Shown in pieces: positions 49,430 through 62,509 of a stretch of DNA of 64,000 bases. Numbering within the stretch: position 1 is the stretch's first letter; the number at the start of each line of letters is the position of its first letter. The translations under genes and the position numbers were made by a program. The notes below the pieces were generated by a model. That model had not been told where the DNA came from, did not search any database, and saw only the letters and a list, made by a program, of their open reading frames with translations. Source of the DNA: Carcharhinus longimanus (lineage: Eukaryota); the NCBI GenBank assembly GCA_030264375.1, contig JASCQW010000043.1, positions 32,209,960 to 32,273,959 on the forward strand, given 5' to 3'.

Positions 49430-51090
49430 GAATACCCGAGAGGACTGGCAGCGTCCACGGAGCGAGAAGCAAGAGTTAACGTTTCACTGGGACTGGGAGA
49501 AGTTAGCAATGCAATAAGTTTTTAAGCAGATCAGATGGGTAGATAAAGAACAAGTGATGATAAGGCAGAAGACGGGAGACCTGTCAAACTGCGGGTGGGG
49601 CAGAGCGGGAAGTGAGGCCAGATGAGATGCGAACAGGAACGGCTATCATCCACAAGCGAAAAACAAAATGAGGGCTGATAAATGCAAATAAAAGGACCAA
49701 AAAAAAAGGAATGAGGATGGAGTGGCAGAGATTGCAGTCGGAAATCGTTGACCACGGCGCTGAGTCTATAAGTTTGTAAAGTAGCTAATTGAAAGATGAG
49801 GTTCTGTTCCCCATCTTCCATGAGTTTTATTAGAACATTGCAGCTAGGTCAAGGACAGAGATGTCAGTGTGGTAGTGAAGTGGGAATTAAACTGACCATT
49901 ATAAGGCCACTATGAGCGTAGGGTCACACTTATAGACTGAACGGAAGTATTCCACAAAACAGTCACCCAGTCACTGTTTGACCATAAGACCATGAGAAAT
50001 AGGAACCGAGTAGGCCATTTCCCCGCCCCCCCTCCCCTCCGAGCCTGCTCCACCATTCAATAAGATCATGGCTGATCCGACATTACTCACGTTATCTTTC
50101 CTGCTCTTTCCCCATATGCCTTGATTTCCTTATTGATTTAAAATCTTGTTTACCTTAGCTTTAAATAAACACGAGGACTCTGCCCCACAGCACTCTATGG
50201 CAAGGAGTTCCAAAGACTCAACCTTGTGAGATAAGAAATTTCTCCTAATCTCAGCCTTAAATTAATGCCACTTTATGTTGAGACTATGCCCCTTGGTCCT
50301 AGAGAGGCGAGAGTGTTTGGAACTCCCAATATAGAGCAGACAGCATTCTGAGAATCCAGCACAAAATACTAAATTGGAAGAAATACAGTAAATTTCTGTT
50401 TCACCTGGAAATGATTTTGGTGCCTTGAATAGTGAGAAAAGAGGGGATAAAGAGGCAGGTGTTGCATCTCCTGAACTTGAGTGGAAAGGTAAAAGGGGAC
50501 AAAGTATTGAAGGTCATGCAGTGTGTCGCAAAGAGAATGCAGAAAGAGGGCGGGTGGTTGTGTTTGGTGGTGGCATCATATTAGAAGTGGTGGGAATGGT
50601 GGAGGATGACCTGTGAATGTGAAGGATGGTGGGGTGGAACGGTGGGGGCAAGCAGTGTCCTCTCACAGTTCTGGGAGGAAGTCGAATATGTGAGGGCAGA
50701 AGTGCATGAAAAATGTCAGACTTAGTGGAGAGCCCTGACAAACACTATGGGAAGGATTGAGAGGGAGATATATTAGAACCGCTGGTGTGGAAGGTGGCAT
50801 TATCAGAACAGAGATGAGAGAGTCAGAGAAACTGGGAGAATAGAATTCCTATGGAAAGCAGCGCACGAGAAAATGTAGTTGAAGTATCTATAGAAGTTAG
50901 TGTTCTTATGGTGAACATTGATTGATAGCCTGCCAGTCCCAGATATGGAAAGTGATAAGTCATGGAAGGAAGGAGTTGGAGACAAAAACGTGAGTGCTGG
51001 AGAAGCTGGAAACTGGAAGCAAAGTTGAAACTTTCCAGTTCAGGCAAGTGCGGGAAACAGCACTAATACAATATACTAGAAAAAGGAGTA
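49430..51090 (-). mobile_element. Penelope-like element, decayed RT C-terminus and GIY-YIG endonuclease
   Basis: PSFHDLSLSISG..RLSINVHHKNTNFYRYFNY..., FSQFL, LLYIG remnant, EQNLIFQLATLQ; terminal repeat with gaaacgttaactct; CR1 insert at 49981-50300. Confidence 0.85.
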
Positions 51091-51532
51091 AGTGTGGAGG
51101 TCAATTTACCCTAACATTAAGGGGCAATTTAGCACGGCCAATCTGCCTAACCATATCTTTGGAGTTGGTTTGGAACAAGGAATATTTCACATAGCCCACC
51201 AAAAGGAAGACATAGCTGGGAACAGCCTGAGCAATCACTTTTATTTGAAGAATATGACACGAGTTGAAGGAGAATTTGTTCAATGTGAGAGTAAGTGCAG
51301 CCTGGCAGGAGAATGAGTATGATACATTTGACCTCCCTTCAAGGAGGAAGCAGTGGACCATCACACTATCCCAGTGGCAGGTGGAGATATAGAGAGATTG
51401 GGCAGCAAGGAAGAGGAGGTGATGGCGGCCAGGAAATTTGCCATCATTATTAGGTATCTCTTGCCTGTGGCACACTTTCACAAAAAACGTAACATTTGTA
51501 AAGAACACTAGGGCATTTTTCTTCATCTGGTA

Positions 51533-52115
51533 CATAGAATCATAGAATCCCTATAGTGCAAAAGGAGGTCATTCGGCCCCCTGCATTGACAACGATCCTA
51601 CCCAGGCCCTATCCCAGTAACTCCTCATATTTACATAAGAACATAAGAAATAGGAGCAGGAGTAGGCCATCTGGCCCTTCAAGCCTGCCCCACCATTCAA
51701 TAAGATCANNNNNNNNNNNNNNNNNNNNNNNNNNNNNNNNNNNNNNNNNNNNNNNNNNNNNNNNNNNNNNNNNNNNNNNNNNNNNNNNNNNNNNNNNNNN
51801 NNNNNNNNTCTCCACCTCTATCCTATCCATCCCATTCATCATCTTATACGTCTCAATGAGATCTCCCCTCATTCTTCTAAACTTACCCCGCCAGTCCCTG
51901 TAATTTATACATCCCGGGACACTAAGGGAAAATTTAGCGCTGCCAATCAACTTAACCCGCAAATTTTTGGACTGAGGGAGGAAACTGGAGCATCCGGAAC
52001 CTAGACAGCCACGGGAGGAACGTGCAAACTCCACGCAGATAGTGACTCAAGCCGGGAATCGAACCCAGGTCCCTGGAGCTGTGAGGCAGCAGAGCTAACC
52101 ACTGTGCTACCCTGC
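51533..52115 (-). mobile_element. HE1 V-SINE interrupted by a young CR1 3' fragment (~51635-51885)
   Basis: SINE resumes at ttaccccgcc after the CR1 sequence; ttac on both sides of the insert as a possible TSD. Confidence 0.88.
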
Positions 52116-52689
52116 GTTGCCCTCATTGTTTGCATTTCTGTCATGTCCCTGCAGAAGTTCATAGTTAGGCATAATCTACATACACAGGGTTCCTAGATGG
52201 TGCATAAGGTCATGGGAAATTTAACCTGTGGATTGCTGCCTTCCCAGTTCAATTTCTCCTTTTCTATGTTTTCAACAGTTGCTGAAGTCTGTTCTGAACA
52301 ACTGTCTTCGGCTTTGCTATCCTCTGCTACCGGATATCTCCACACTTGCAAAAGGGTGCTCATTACTCCTGGAGTAAGCCCAGTCTGCAATAAAAATAAA
52401 ATACAACAGTTGCTAGAAGTCTGAAAAAAAAACTGGAAAAACTCAGCAGGTCCAGTAGCATCCGGCGGGAGAGAGACTTGTTTCCAGCCCACCTGACTCT
52501 TCAGAGCTGTGGAATAAAGTGGAACCGAAATGTGTAAATGAACAAGTTCATAAAACGGCAAACCTGTTCATTTAAACATTTTTTTGCATTAAAATTAGGA
52601 TTTACTGATGAATAGTATGAAGAGAACGGCAAAACAGCGCTGTGGCTCCATACTAAGTTCAGAGTAATATTGAGGCAATTGAGGATATT

Positions 52690-52880
52690 ACGGTTAATCG
52701 ATCATAATTGCATTGGAGCAAAAATAACCAATGCCCAGGAAGCCTCATTACAACTGCTGGAAAATAAATTTAGAAGTGGCATTCCCATATACTACTGCCG
52801 TTCTACCATATATGGAAAGTAATCTCATAGCTGCTTGATAATCACTGTGGTTTGTGCCCTGTTAAAGCACTAAGCAATAC
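52690..52880. promoter_or_regulatory. Candidate enhancer with a perfect CArG box and a GATA site
   Basis: CCATATATGG at 52806-52815, TGATAA at ~52837, CATTCC (TEAD-like) at ~52780. Confidence 0.35.
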
Positions 52881-53609
52881 CTGAATACGTTAACCATGCT
52901 GGGGTCTTCACATTCGATGCTGTATGGACAACACATGGACATACATGAGGCTACTTCGAAAAATGAAGGGGACTTCACAGCGGTTGATGCAAACGCGACA
53001 GCCAATACGAACGTACAATTTTAACAATTAAACCAAGTGTAACAATACAAGTTGCTTAAATGAATCCTAGGTGGTCACAACCCATGATATACCAGTTCAT
53101 AATGAGTATTCTGTTGTATTTTCCCCTCACAAATTATTGCCTTTAACTTTTCCCCCTGGGAATAGGGTTAATTATTTGAAAAAAGATACCAACGAAGTTT
53201 ATATACCCTAATGATCCCTGCGCATTTATATTGTCCACAGGGAAGAGGGTCAGGAACACTCGCACAATCAGATATCAATAATATCTCCATGTAAATTGTA
53301 TCATCGCGTCAAGTTTTGTCAGTAAGTCTTAACATCGCATTTTGTGAAGAATACTGAGTGGTTAGAGCAGTTTATGCCTAACTTTGGGCACTGGTGTTTC
53401 AGTATGTTTTCCCTTCTCCATATAAAGCTTCAGCTGCTTGCAGTTCTATTATTTTTTGGCGGAGCTGGGGATTTTTGGACATGTTCAAAAAACAATAAAT
53501 GCTGGAAAAGAGCTGAACGGGTCTGACAGCATCTGTGGCAAGAAAATAGAGCCAATATTTCGAATCTGGGTGACTCCAGTTCCACTCACTCTTATACAGA
53601 ATATAATCC

Positions 53610-53860
53610 ATTCGGGCCTCGGGTGACTGCCGTGTGGCGTGTGCTTCTTCTCTCTGTGTGCGCATCGGTTTCCTTCGGGTGTTCCGGTTTCCTCCCATAG
53701 TCCAAAGAAGTGTAGGCTCGGTAGGCTAGTCATGGTAATTGCAGGATTGTGGGGATAGGGTGGGGAGATAGGATCTGGGTAAGTTGCTCATTTGGAGAAT
53801 TGATACAAACCTCATAGACCAAATGGCCTCTTTCTGTATTGTAGGGATTCTTTAATTCTA
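53610..53860 (+). mobile_element. 5'-truncated HE1-type SINE
   Basis: V-domain ccggtttcctcccatagtccaaaga and tail tgtagggattct. Confidence 0.8.
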
Positions 53861-53869
53861 CCAGTTATT

Positions 53870-54800
53870 TGTCTTCCTTCCTTTTTGAATAATGGTGTTA
53901 CATTGGCAGTTTTCCAACCCTCTGGGACTTTTCCAGAATTGATGAATTCTTAGAAGATTACTGCCAGTGCATCCACTATTTTTGTAGGTACTTCCTTTAA
54001 TGTCATAGGATGCAGCCAATCAGGTCTAGGGGGCTTATAGCCCTCTAGCCCTAGTAGTTTATCTGGTACTTTTTCTCTAGTGATAATTATTATTTATTTC
54101 CTCCCTCGTCTTTTGCCCTTTGATTATTTAGTATTTTTGGAATGATATGTCTTGCAATGTGAAGACTGACACAATGGATAGTATTTTATGGCCTCGTTCC
54201 AACGGGACTGGAAATTCCCCCTGGAGGTCAATGGACATTTCTGTTGTCTGCCCCCTTGCCTGCTCCAATTTCATGAAGGGCGAGGCAGTAGAATTCCGGT
54301 GATCATATTTATTTATCTCCTCTGCCATTTCCCCATTATATTTTGCCAATCTCATTCTTTAAGGGGCCTATGTGCACTTTGGCTTCACTTTCTTTTTATA
54401 TATTTAAAGAAGCTCTTGCTGTCCATTTCTTTATTGCTTTCTAGTTTATCCTTGTACTTCAGCTTCGCCTTCTATTATTTTTGGTCATCTTTTGTTGGTT
54501 TTTAAAACCTTTCCAATCCTTTGGCTTCCCACTAATCTTTGCCACTATCCTTAACTGATTTATCCCCTTCCTCAAATCCTTTTTTCCTCACTGGGATATA
54601 TCTTTGTTGTGAGTCATGAACTATTTTCATGCACATCTACCATTGCTAATCAACCATCCTTCCTGCTAACTTCCTGTTCTAGTCCACTCCAGCCAACTCC
54701 GTCCTCATTCCATTGTAATTACTCTTATTTAAATTGAATTCAGTTGTTTCTGACTGTGGTCTCTCATTCCCAAATTGGATGCTAAATTTGATAATTTTAT
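53870..54800 (-). mobile_element. Old CR1 ORF2 fragments with a MITE insert (~54178-54300)
   Basis: ttggcagttttccaaccctctgggac and gcagccaatcaggtctaggggg are CR1 RT-start signatures on -; insert ends gtagaattccgg. Confidence 0.7.
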
Positions 54801-55605
54801 GCTCAGTGTTTCCTAGGGGATTAGCCATGGTAAATGTGGGGGTTACGGGGATAGGGGAAATGGGAGGGCCTGTGTGGGATGCTCTTTTGGAGAGACAATG
54901 CAGACTTGATGGGCCCAATGGCCCCTTTCTACACTATAAAGATTCTATGACTCCATGGTTTTCCCTCTTTTTGACTTGAAACATTAAATCTGTTTCTCTC
55001 TCCATTGATGCTAGTAGATCTTATGGGTTTTTCCAACATTTTCTGTTTTTATTTCAGATTTCCAGCATCCATAGCATTTTGCTTTTCTGATAGCATTCCC
55101 TTCTTATACAGAATAATGTCTTTTTATTTTCCTCACATGAATGTCCTGATCAGTGCAAGATGAAAAGCTTTGACAAAAATGTGTTTTTTTTCAGCAATAC
55201 TCAAATGTGGGATTGTAGCAGGAAAATATCCCCAGTGGCTGGTCTGATGAACTTGAAACCATCTTGAGCAAGATAAACCCAATGGATGATCGCTTTTGGC
55301 CTCAACCTAAAGTCACTATGATCACAGATGCCAATTTAACTAATTTAATTCACATGTGATATGGCTAAATACTTTGAAGAAAGATGTAGTGCAGAATTTA
55401 TGTGCTCCAGATCTAAGCAAGTTCCTAACCAAAATATTCAAGCAGGGCAACAGCATTCACATTATTCAACAATGCAAAACTAAAAACAGGACAAATTCAA
55501 CCTGGCCAATGACTGATCTATTAAAGTATGTCCAATCAACAGCATGGTGATAGAAGGTATCATTGATAGTTATCGCAAGTAGCACTTGCCCAGCATAACC
55601 TGTTC

Positions 55606-55900
55606 ATAGAATCCATACAGTGCAGAAGGAGGCCATTCAGCCCATTGAGGCTGCACTGACCACAATCCCACCCAGGCCCAATTCCTGTAACCCTACATAT
55701 TTACCCTGCTAATCTCCTGACACTAGGGTCAATTTAGCATGGCCAATTCACCTAACCAAAAAAATCTTTAGACTGGGAGGAGGTAACCCACATAGACACA
55801 GGGATAATGTGCAGACTCCACACAGATAGTGACCTAAGGCCCAGAATTGAACCTGGGACCGTGAGGCAGTAGCGCTAACCACTGTGCAACCACGCTGTCC
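55606..55900 (-). mobile_element. HE1-type V-SINE
   Basis: Tail catagaatccatacagtgcagaaggaggccattc, head gctaaccactgtgc. Confidence 0.88.
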
Positions 55901-55999
55901 TTATTAACACTCTGCCAGACTGGACTGTTCTGATTCCTTGGGAGACAGTGCTTGGAACATCAGCAAGTCATTTCTCTGAAGTATAGCTAATTTCTTCTG

Positions 56000-56560
56000 T
56001 TTCATTTCCATCTCCTTTTGTAATTCCCTCTCTGCCTCTTCATCTCCAACATCTTATGCTGCTGAGCCCATTCTTTCCCTGTTATATTTCCTGAAACTCT
56101 CTCTCTCTTTCTTTCTCTTTCTCCCCTTGAACACTTTCCCTAGCCTCCTCTTTTTCAGCTGTAACAACCATTTTGTGGCCAAGATAACACAAATACAAAT
56201 CTCCAATCATTCTTTGATTCTGATTTTTCCATTTGACCTGGATGGGTCTAATCTCTCCAAGGTATCTGAAGTACCTTGGGCTTTTGCCCCAGGAGGAACT
56301 TTTACCTGTATTTTTCTGGCTACAAATCTTAATTGTCCACAACGTTGGGAGGCTAAGGTTTCATTATTTAGTACTTCCTTTTCCAAACTCATCTTTGCTG
56401 TATAATTCACTATGTTGCTTTAATGTGAGATTAAAAGAGTTTGCTGCTGTACATGTATTTGTCTTAAAATTAGTTCCAGCCACTGAATTTCCCTCTTTTG
56501 GCTTCTATTTGACTCTTTCATCTCTAATTTAGCTCATCTCTTAACTTGGATTCTGGTCAA
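56000..56560 (-). mobile_element. Possible Gypsy gag 5' remnant
   Basis: Minus frames give MSLEKEVLNNETL...ARKIQVKVPPGAK and a charged EKEKEREREFQ coiled-coil-like stretch, broken by frameshifts. Confidence 0.35.
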
Positions 56561-57397
56561 ATTCAAATTGGATCAATCTTGGATTTGAGCTCTTAATTTA
56601 TGGACAGGAGGGGGATTAATTTAAACTGCCCTGATTTCTCTTCTCACTACCCATCTGTAAACAGAATGGTTTCTGATTTCTCCCTCAATAGGTAGTGGTG
56701 TCTTTTCCTCAACCTTTCAGTTTGGCATGATCCAGTGCTCTATTAATAATCCCACAGCAAACTTGAGATAAGGTAAAGTAAGAGGGTTGGCATATTTTAC
56801 ACAGATACAAAATGCACAAAGGGGCTTCTCAACATCCACCTCCTTTTATTGTCATACAATAATAAAAGAGGGATTAGAAAAGAAAGGAGTACAGGACAAG
56901 ATCATGATAAAAAAAAGTTATGATTTCATTTGAGCCCAGAGTCTAGAATCCAAAAGTACAAGTACTGATGTTAGAGGGTGGTTTGTTTTTCCAGACACAA
57001 GGATTTCCACAAAGGGAGAAGGTACTTAGGGATAACTTAGTCTTAAAAGCACAGATGCAAAAGTTCTAATGTTCCAGTCATTTGTTGTGTAGATGAAGGC
57101 TGGGCCATTGACCTGGACAGTGCTCTTTCTGCTTTGTGTTGGGTGGTAAATTAGCAGACTTGGAGAAAGATGGAAGTCAAAGGCAGTCTGCTAGCTTGGA
57201 GTGCGGTTCTCTTCAGAGCTTAAACCGCAATTGATAATAAATGTCAAAAGCTGTATAATTAAAGGAATTCAGACAGCTCTTGTTTTGGTCAAGTGACAGG
57301 ATTCTTTCAGGTTGAACTATTCAGCTATTGAGGCCCCTGGTTGAAACTCATTGTGTTTTGAAGCAGGTAACAGTAGGTAGCAGTTAGCAAAACAAAA

Positions 57398-57665
57398 GTA
57401 AAGTTTATTTATTAGTCACAAATAAGGCTTACATTAACACTGCAATGAAGTTACTGTGAAATTCCCCTATTCGCCATAGTCCGGCAACTGTTCAGGTCAA
57501 TGCACCTAACCAGCATGTCTTTCAGAGTGTGGAAGGAAACCAGAGCAGCCAGAAAAGACTTAGGCAGACACGGAGGAGAACGTGCAGATTCTACACACAC
57601 AGTGAACCAAGCCAGGAATTGAACACAGGTCTCTGGCAGTGCTAACCACTGTGCTATCGTGCCAC
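57398..57665 (-). mobile_element. V-SINE with the alternative tail
   Basis: aaagtttatttattagtcacaaataaggcttacattaacactgcaatgaagttactgtgaaa tail plus HE1 head. Confidence 0.88.
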
Positions 57666-58370
57666 NNNNNNNNNNNNNNNNNNNNNNNNNNNNNNNNNNN
57701 NNNNNNNNNNNNNNNNNNNNNNNNNNNNNNNNNNNNNNNNNNNNNNNNNNNNNNNNNNNNNNNNNNNNNNNNNNNNNNNNNNNNNNNNNNNNNNNNNNNN
57801 NNNNNNNNNNNNNNNNNNNNNNNNNNNNNNNNNNNNNNNNNNNNNNNNNNNNNNNNNNNNNNNNNNNNNNNNNNNNNNNNNNNNNNNNNNNNNNNNNNNN
57901 NNNNNNNNNNNNNNNNNNNNNNNNNNNNNNNNNNNNNNNNNNNNNNNNNNNNNNNNNNNNNNNNNNNNNNNNNNNNNNNNNNNNNNNNNNNNNNNNNNNN
58001 NNNNNNNNNNNNNNNNNNNNNNNNNNNNNNNNNNNNNNNNNNNNNNNNNNNNNNNNNNNNNNNNNNNNNNNNNNNNNNNNNNNNNNNNNNNNNNNNNNNN
58101 NNNNNNNNNNNNNNNNNNNNNNNNNNNNNNNNNNNNNNNNNNNNNNNNNNNNNNNNNNNNNNNNNNNNNNNNNNNNNNNNNNNNNNNNNNNNNNNNNNNN
58201 NNNNNNNNNNNNNNNNNNNNNNNNNNNNNNNNNNNNNNNNNNNNNNNNNNNNNNNNNNNNNNNNNNNNNNNNNNNNNNNNNNNNNNNNNNNNNNNNNNNN
58301 NNNNNNNNNNNNNNNNNNNNNNNNNNNNNNNNNNNNNNNNNNNNNNNNNNNNNNNNNNNNNNNNNNNNNN

Positions 58371-58730
58371 CTCAATGACCTGGCCTCCACAGCCTTCTGC
58401 AGCAAAGAGTTCCATAGATTCACCACTCTCTGGCTGAAGAAATTCCTTCTCATCTCTGTTTTAAAGGATCATCCCTTTAGCCTGAGTGGAGTGTTCTAGA
58501 TATCCACCACAAGTTGTGTGAGTAGAGCTTCCTGATTTTGTTCCTAAGCATTCTAGCTCTAATTTTAAGACTATTTCCTCTTGTGCCACACTTCCCCACC
58601 AGAGAAATAATCTTTCTGAATTACCTTATTAGATCCCTTTACCATTTTAAAGATCTCAATTAGATCACCTCTCAATCTTTGAAACTCAAACTGTCCTCAT
58701 AAGTTACTCATTTAGATCTTGGAACTCTTT
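58371..58730 (-). mobile_element. CR1 fragments
   Basis: MRRNFFSQRVVNLWNSLLQKAVEARSL next to the gap, followed by older CR1 sequence. Confidence 0.8.
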
Positions 58731-59829
58731 ATCTAATGCTGCACGGAATCTTTGCTGCACTTTATCTTCACTGCACGGAATTTAGTAGTTTAAGAAGAAG
58801 CCTCAACAGCACCTTCTCAGAGCAACGAAGGACTGACAATAACAATGACAATCCTGTCAAAAATGCTCAGATTACAAGAATTAATTTGAAAGATAGTTAC
58901 CATCCCAATATCCCATTGTTGCAGTGATTAATTCATTTATATGGCAATGGTGGGGGTGGGAGAGGGGTGGGGGTGTGTGTAAACTTATATTTACTTCATT
59001 TAAGAAGGAAGATGGACATATTTTGAATTAAATTCAACCTTTGAAAGACAGTATGATCTTAACGTGTTTCAGATGTTTCATTCAAAGTCATTTACCTGAG
59101 TTGAAAATTAATAGCCCTCTTCCCGCCCCCCACATTTACACACTGCCACCGCCTAACCAGAAAATAATGTTCAGCACAGCTAGTGCAATTCACTCTGACT
59201 GAGCAGTTCAATTGGGGGGCAACAAGCTGTTTGCAAGATTAAATCATGCCCTGGAGGTGGGAGATTTTGTTCCGCAGCAAGTTGGCAGCCAGGATCTTTG
59301 CACTGTTTACACAACCACAACTTAACTGAGTACAGCTGAAGACTCCCTACAAAAATGAACAGTTACTATCATGTAAAAAGAACAGATGACACTCTGATAT
59401 ATCATAATCCTTGGGAAAGATTTTCTTCACTGCTCATTTTATGTTTCAGCAGAATGTTTGCTCTTTCGCTGCATGTTAGCAGTGCATCCAACAACGCCGA
59501 CTTATAAATCTAGTTTTGTCATCTTATTGTAACAGCTACATGATCAACAGCTTACATTTTAACGGCATCAAAGTGGTGGACTTGATTTAGAAACTTTTTA
59601 CAAAATATTTAACATAATTTTCCCTGTTCTCAAAGCTAACAAAACCATTGTATTGTTCAGGAAACTGACACACTTCCTCGTTTCCACAAAGGTGTCATAC
59701 TTGAAAATGTGGAGATACTGGAACAGGAGGAGACCCTTTAGTCCCTTGCCTGTTCAGCTATTCACTGAGATTATGGCTGACCTGTGGCCCAACTCCATGT
59801 ACCGCCCTGTGTCCCATATCCACAATGTC

Positions 59830-59983
59830 ATTTTTTTTTATTTGTTGATGGGACGTGGGTGTCGCTGGCTGGGCCAACATTTATTGTCCATCTCCAGTTA
59901 AGAGTCAACCACATTGCTGTGGATCTGGAGTCACATATAGACCAGACCTGGTAAGGACGGCAGATTTCCTTCCCTAAAGGACA
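59830..59983 (-). mobile_element. 3' half of the bipartite SINE family (as 2700-3023)
   Basis: gtcaaccacattgctgtgg and ggacggcagattt are reverse complements of 2880-2940, joined directly to the LINE tail. Confidence 0.8.
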
Positions 59984-60089
59984 TGCATGTGTTACACCTT
60001 CAACATGTCACACTAACAAGCATGATAAACTCAAAGAGGGCTGGAATTTCAGTTGGTAGGCAACATTAAGGACTCCTTGCTACTTGTTT

Positions 60090-60590
60090 ATAGAATCATA
60101 TAATTTTACAGTACAAAAGGAGACCATCAGCAAACCATCCCTATGCCAAAGAACTGTCCCATTTAGTTTCACACCTCAGCATTTTCCACATAATCTTGGG
60201 AATTAATGCTCTTCAAATGTGTGTACAATTGTTTTTTGAGATATCCTATGGAATCTGATTCCACTTTTCTTTTAGTTTGTGCTTTCTAGATCTCAACAAG
60301 CCTTTACATGAAACAACCTCTTTTCATTACCCCTCTACTTATTTGAAATCATGTCTCTGGAAATTGATCCACTTGTCAAAAAAACAGTTTCTCCCAATTG
60401 TTCAATCAAAATCTCTTATAATTTTGAATACCTTTGTTAGGTATTCACTCTTCTAAGTTAAGCAATCCCAGCTACTCCATTTTGCCTGCATAACTGAGTC
60501 TCTCGTCCCCATTCTCATTCTACTGAACTTCCCCGATACCCTTTCCAAGACTTGGCATTCTTCCTAAAGTGTGGTGTCCACAATACTTCA
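60090..60590 (-). mobile_element. Old CR1 3' fragment
   Basis: atagaatcat tail; LWTPHFRKN..LERV-like remnant. Confidence 0.7.
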
Positions 60591-60599
60591 GCAATGAAA

Positions 60600-60912
60600 A
60601 ACCAGCCTCCCAACCATCGACTGCCTACAGATTCCATTGCCTCGGCAAAGCAGCCAGCATAATTAAGGACCTCATGCAACTCGGATATTCTCTCTTCCAT
60701 CTTCTTCTGACAGGAAAAAGATACAAAAGTCTGAGTCACGCACTAACTGACTCAAGAACAGCTTCTTCCCTGCTGCCATTAGACTTTTGAATGGACCTAC
60801 CTCGTATTAAGTTGATCTTTCTCTACACCCTAGCTATGATTGCAACTCTACATTCTGCACTCTCTCATTTCCTTCTCTACGAATGGTATACTTTGTTTAG
60901 CATGCAAGAAAC
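60600..60912 (+). mobile_element. Rex1/Babar LINE 3' fragment
   Basis: CLGKAASIIKD...HLLLTGKRYKSL; matches 62900-63230. Confidence 0.85.
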
Positions 60913-62041
60913 NNNNNNNNNNNNNNNNNNNNNNNNNNNNNNNNNNNNNNNNNNNNNNNNNNNNNNNNNNNNNNNNNNNNNNNNNNNNNNNNNNNNNNNN
61001 NNNNNNNNNNNNTGGCCAATCAACCTAACCTGCACATCTTTGGACTGTGGGGGGAAACCGGAGCACCCGGAGGAAACCCATGCAGACACAATTGCTGTGT
61101 GAAAAATGTTTTCTGATATTGAAGGCACAATCAATTGTGAATTTTGCTAATAGTGACACTGTAAATTTTGTCTGGTATATTATGACTCAGACTTGTGGAG
61201 ACAGGAGGGTTCTGAGTATCTTATAATTGGTTTAAGTGAAAGTCATTTGTACTGGGCTACAATCAATTAGATATCTTTCCCCCAACTGAAATGAATAAAG
61301 TTACACCCAGGTTGTTTGGCCCACAACCCATCGCTTGATATCAAAGGTTCTTTGGTCTATGTTTTGCAATATGTATGACAAATACCACATGAAGTGCTGT
61401 AGTCTTTGATTTAGCTGTTCACACTGTGTCAATGTACTATATCCGTTGCTTTTCGCAGGTGCCTTTCGATCCCAAGATGGCTGGAGTGGATTTTGTATGT
61501 CTGGCCTCTTGTTTCCAGGGGTAATTAATCAGGTTCCTTTGAACTGGATTTCACCGTGAATAGCTAGTTTACCCAGGAAACGGTTACACTCTTTAATCTC
61601 AGGAGGAACATTACTTTCATACTCCGGGCAACCAGTCAGAACAATGAACCTCATTTTTTTTTGTGGGGTTTGATCTTTCTGGTTTTTGATCTGGGCTCGG
61701 AAGGTACGACACAGTCGAACAGTTTGACGAATCTCCCTTCTGCTCCAGGCTCGAGGATGTCATAAACATACCTGACTAAGCATGTAGACTGGGCTCAAAG
61801 TCACTGTATCTTCTAATTTTGTTTGTCTTCAAGTTTACTTCTGGAAACAGCAACATCCTTTAGATGGAGACAGGAAAGGTCTCTCAATACTGTCCCAAAG
61901 GGATTTATGGTTAGCCCTTATCAGAGCTTCTGTTCCATGTATACACGAACAAATAGTTTGCAGTCAAGCTATGCCAAGCATCGCCTTCCCAAACTCTGCA
62001 TCTTTCTTTCTGCTAAAACAAACAATGTTGAGATGCATTTA

Positions 62042-62342
62042 GGGCGGCACAGTGGCAGAGTGGTTAGCACTGCTGCTTCACAGTGCCAGGGACCCAGGTT
62101 CAATTCCAGCCTTGGGTCACTGTCTGTGTGGAGTTTGCATGTTCTCCCTGTGTCTGCGTGGGTTTCCTCTGGGTGCTCCTGTTTACTCACACAGTCCAAA
62201 GATGTGCAAGTTAGGTGGATTGGCCATGACAAATTGCCCCTTAGTATCTGGGGAATTAACAGGCTGGAGTTATGGGGATAGGACCTGGGTGGGATTGTTG
62301 TCAATGCAGGCTCAATAGGCTGAATGGGTAGGGATTCTATGG
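62042..62342 (+). mobile_element. HE1-type V-SINE
   Basis: gggcggcacagtggcagagtggttagcactgctg...ggttcaattcc...gggattctatg. Confidence 0.92.
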
Positions 62343-62509
62343 CTTTTATGTATGTCGCAGCCAAGCCACTTTTATCGTCAAGGCCTCACTACATGCTTCT
62401 GACGCAGCACATTGTAATGTCAGCTTCACAATGTGGAATCCAAGGACCATAGTCTGATTGGAAACTGAAGTATGAAAATTGAATGTTAAGGTGACTTTGT
62501 CAATGATTG

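Noticed and set aside
55246-55266. CTGATGA-actt-GAAAC second hammerhead-like core
   Set aside because: No stem II and no convincing stem I; probably chance within a LINE remnant
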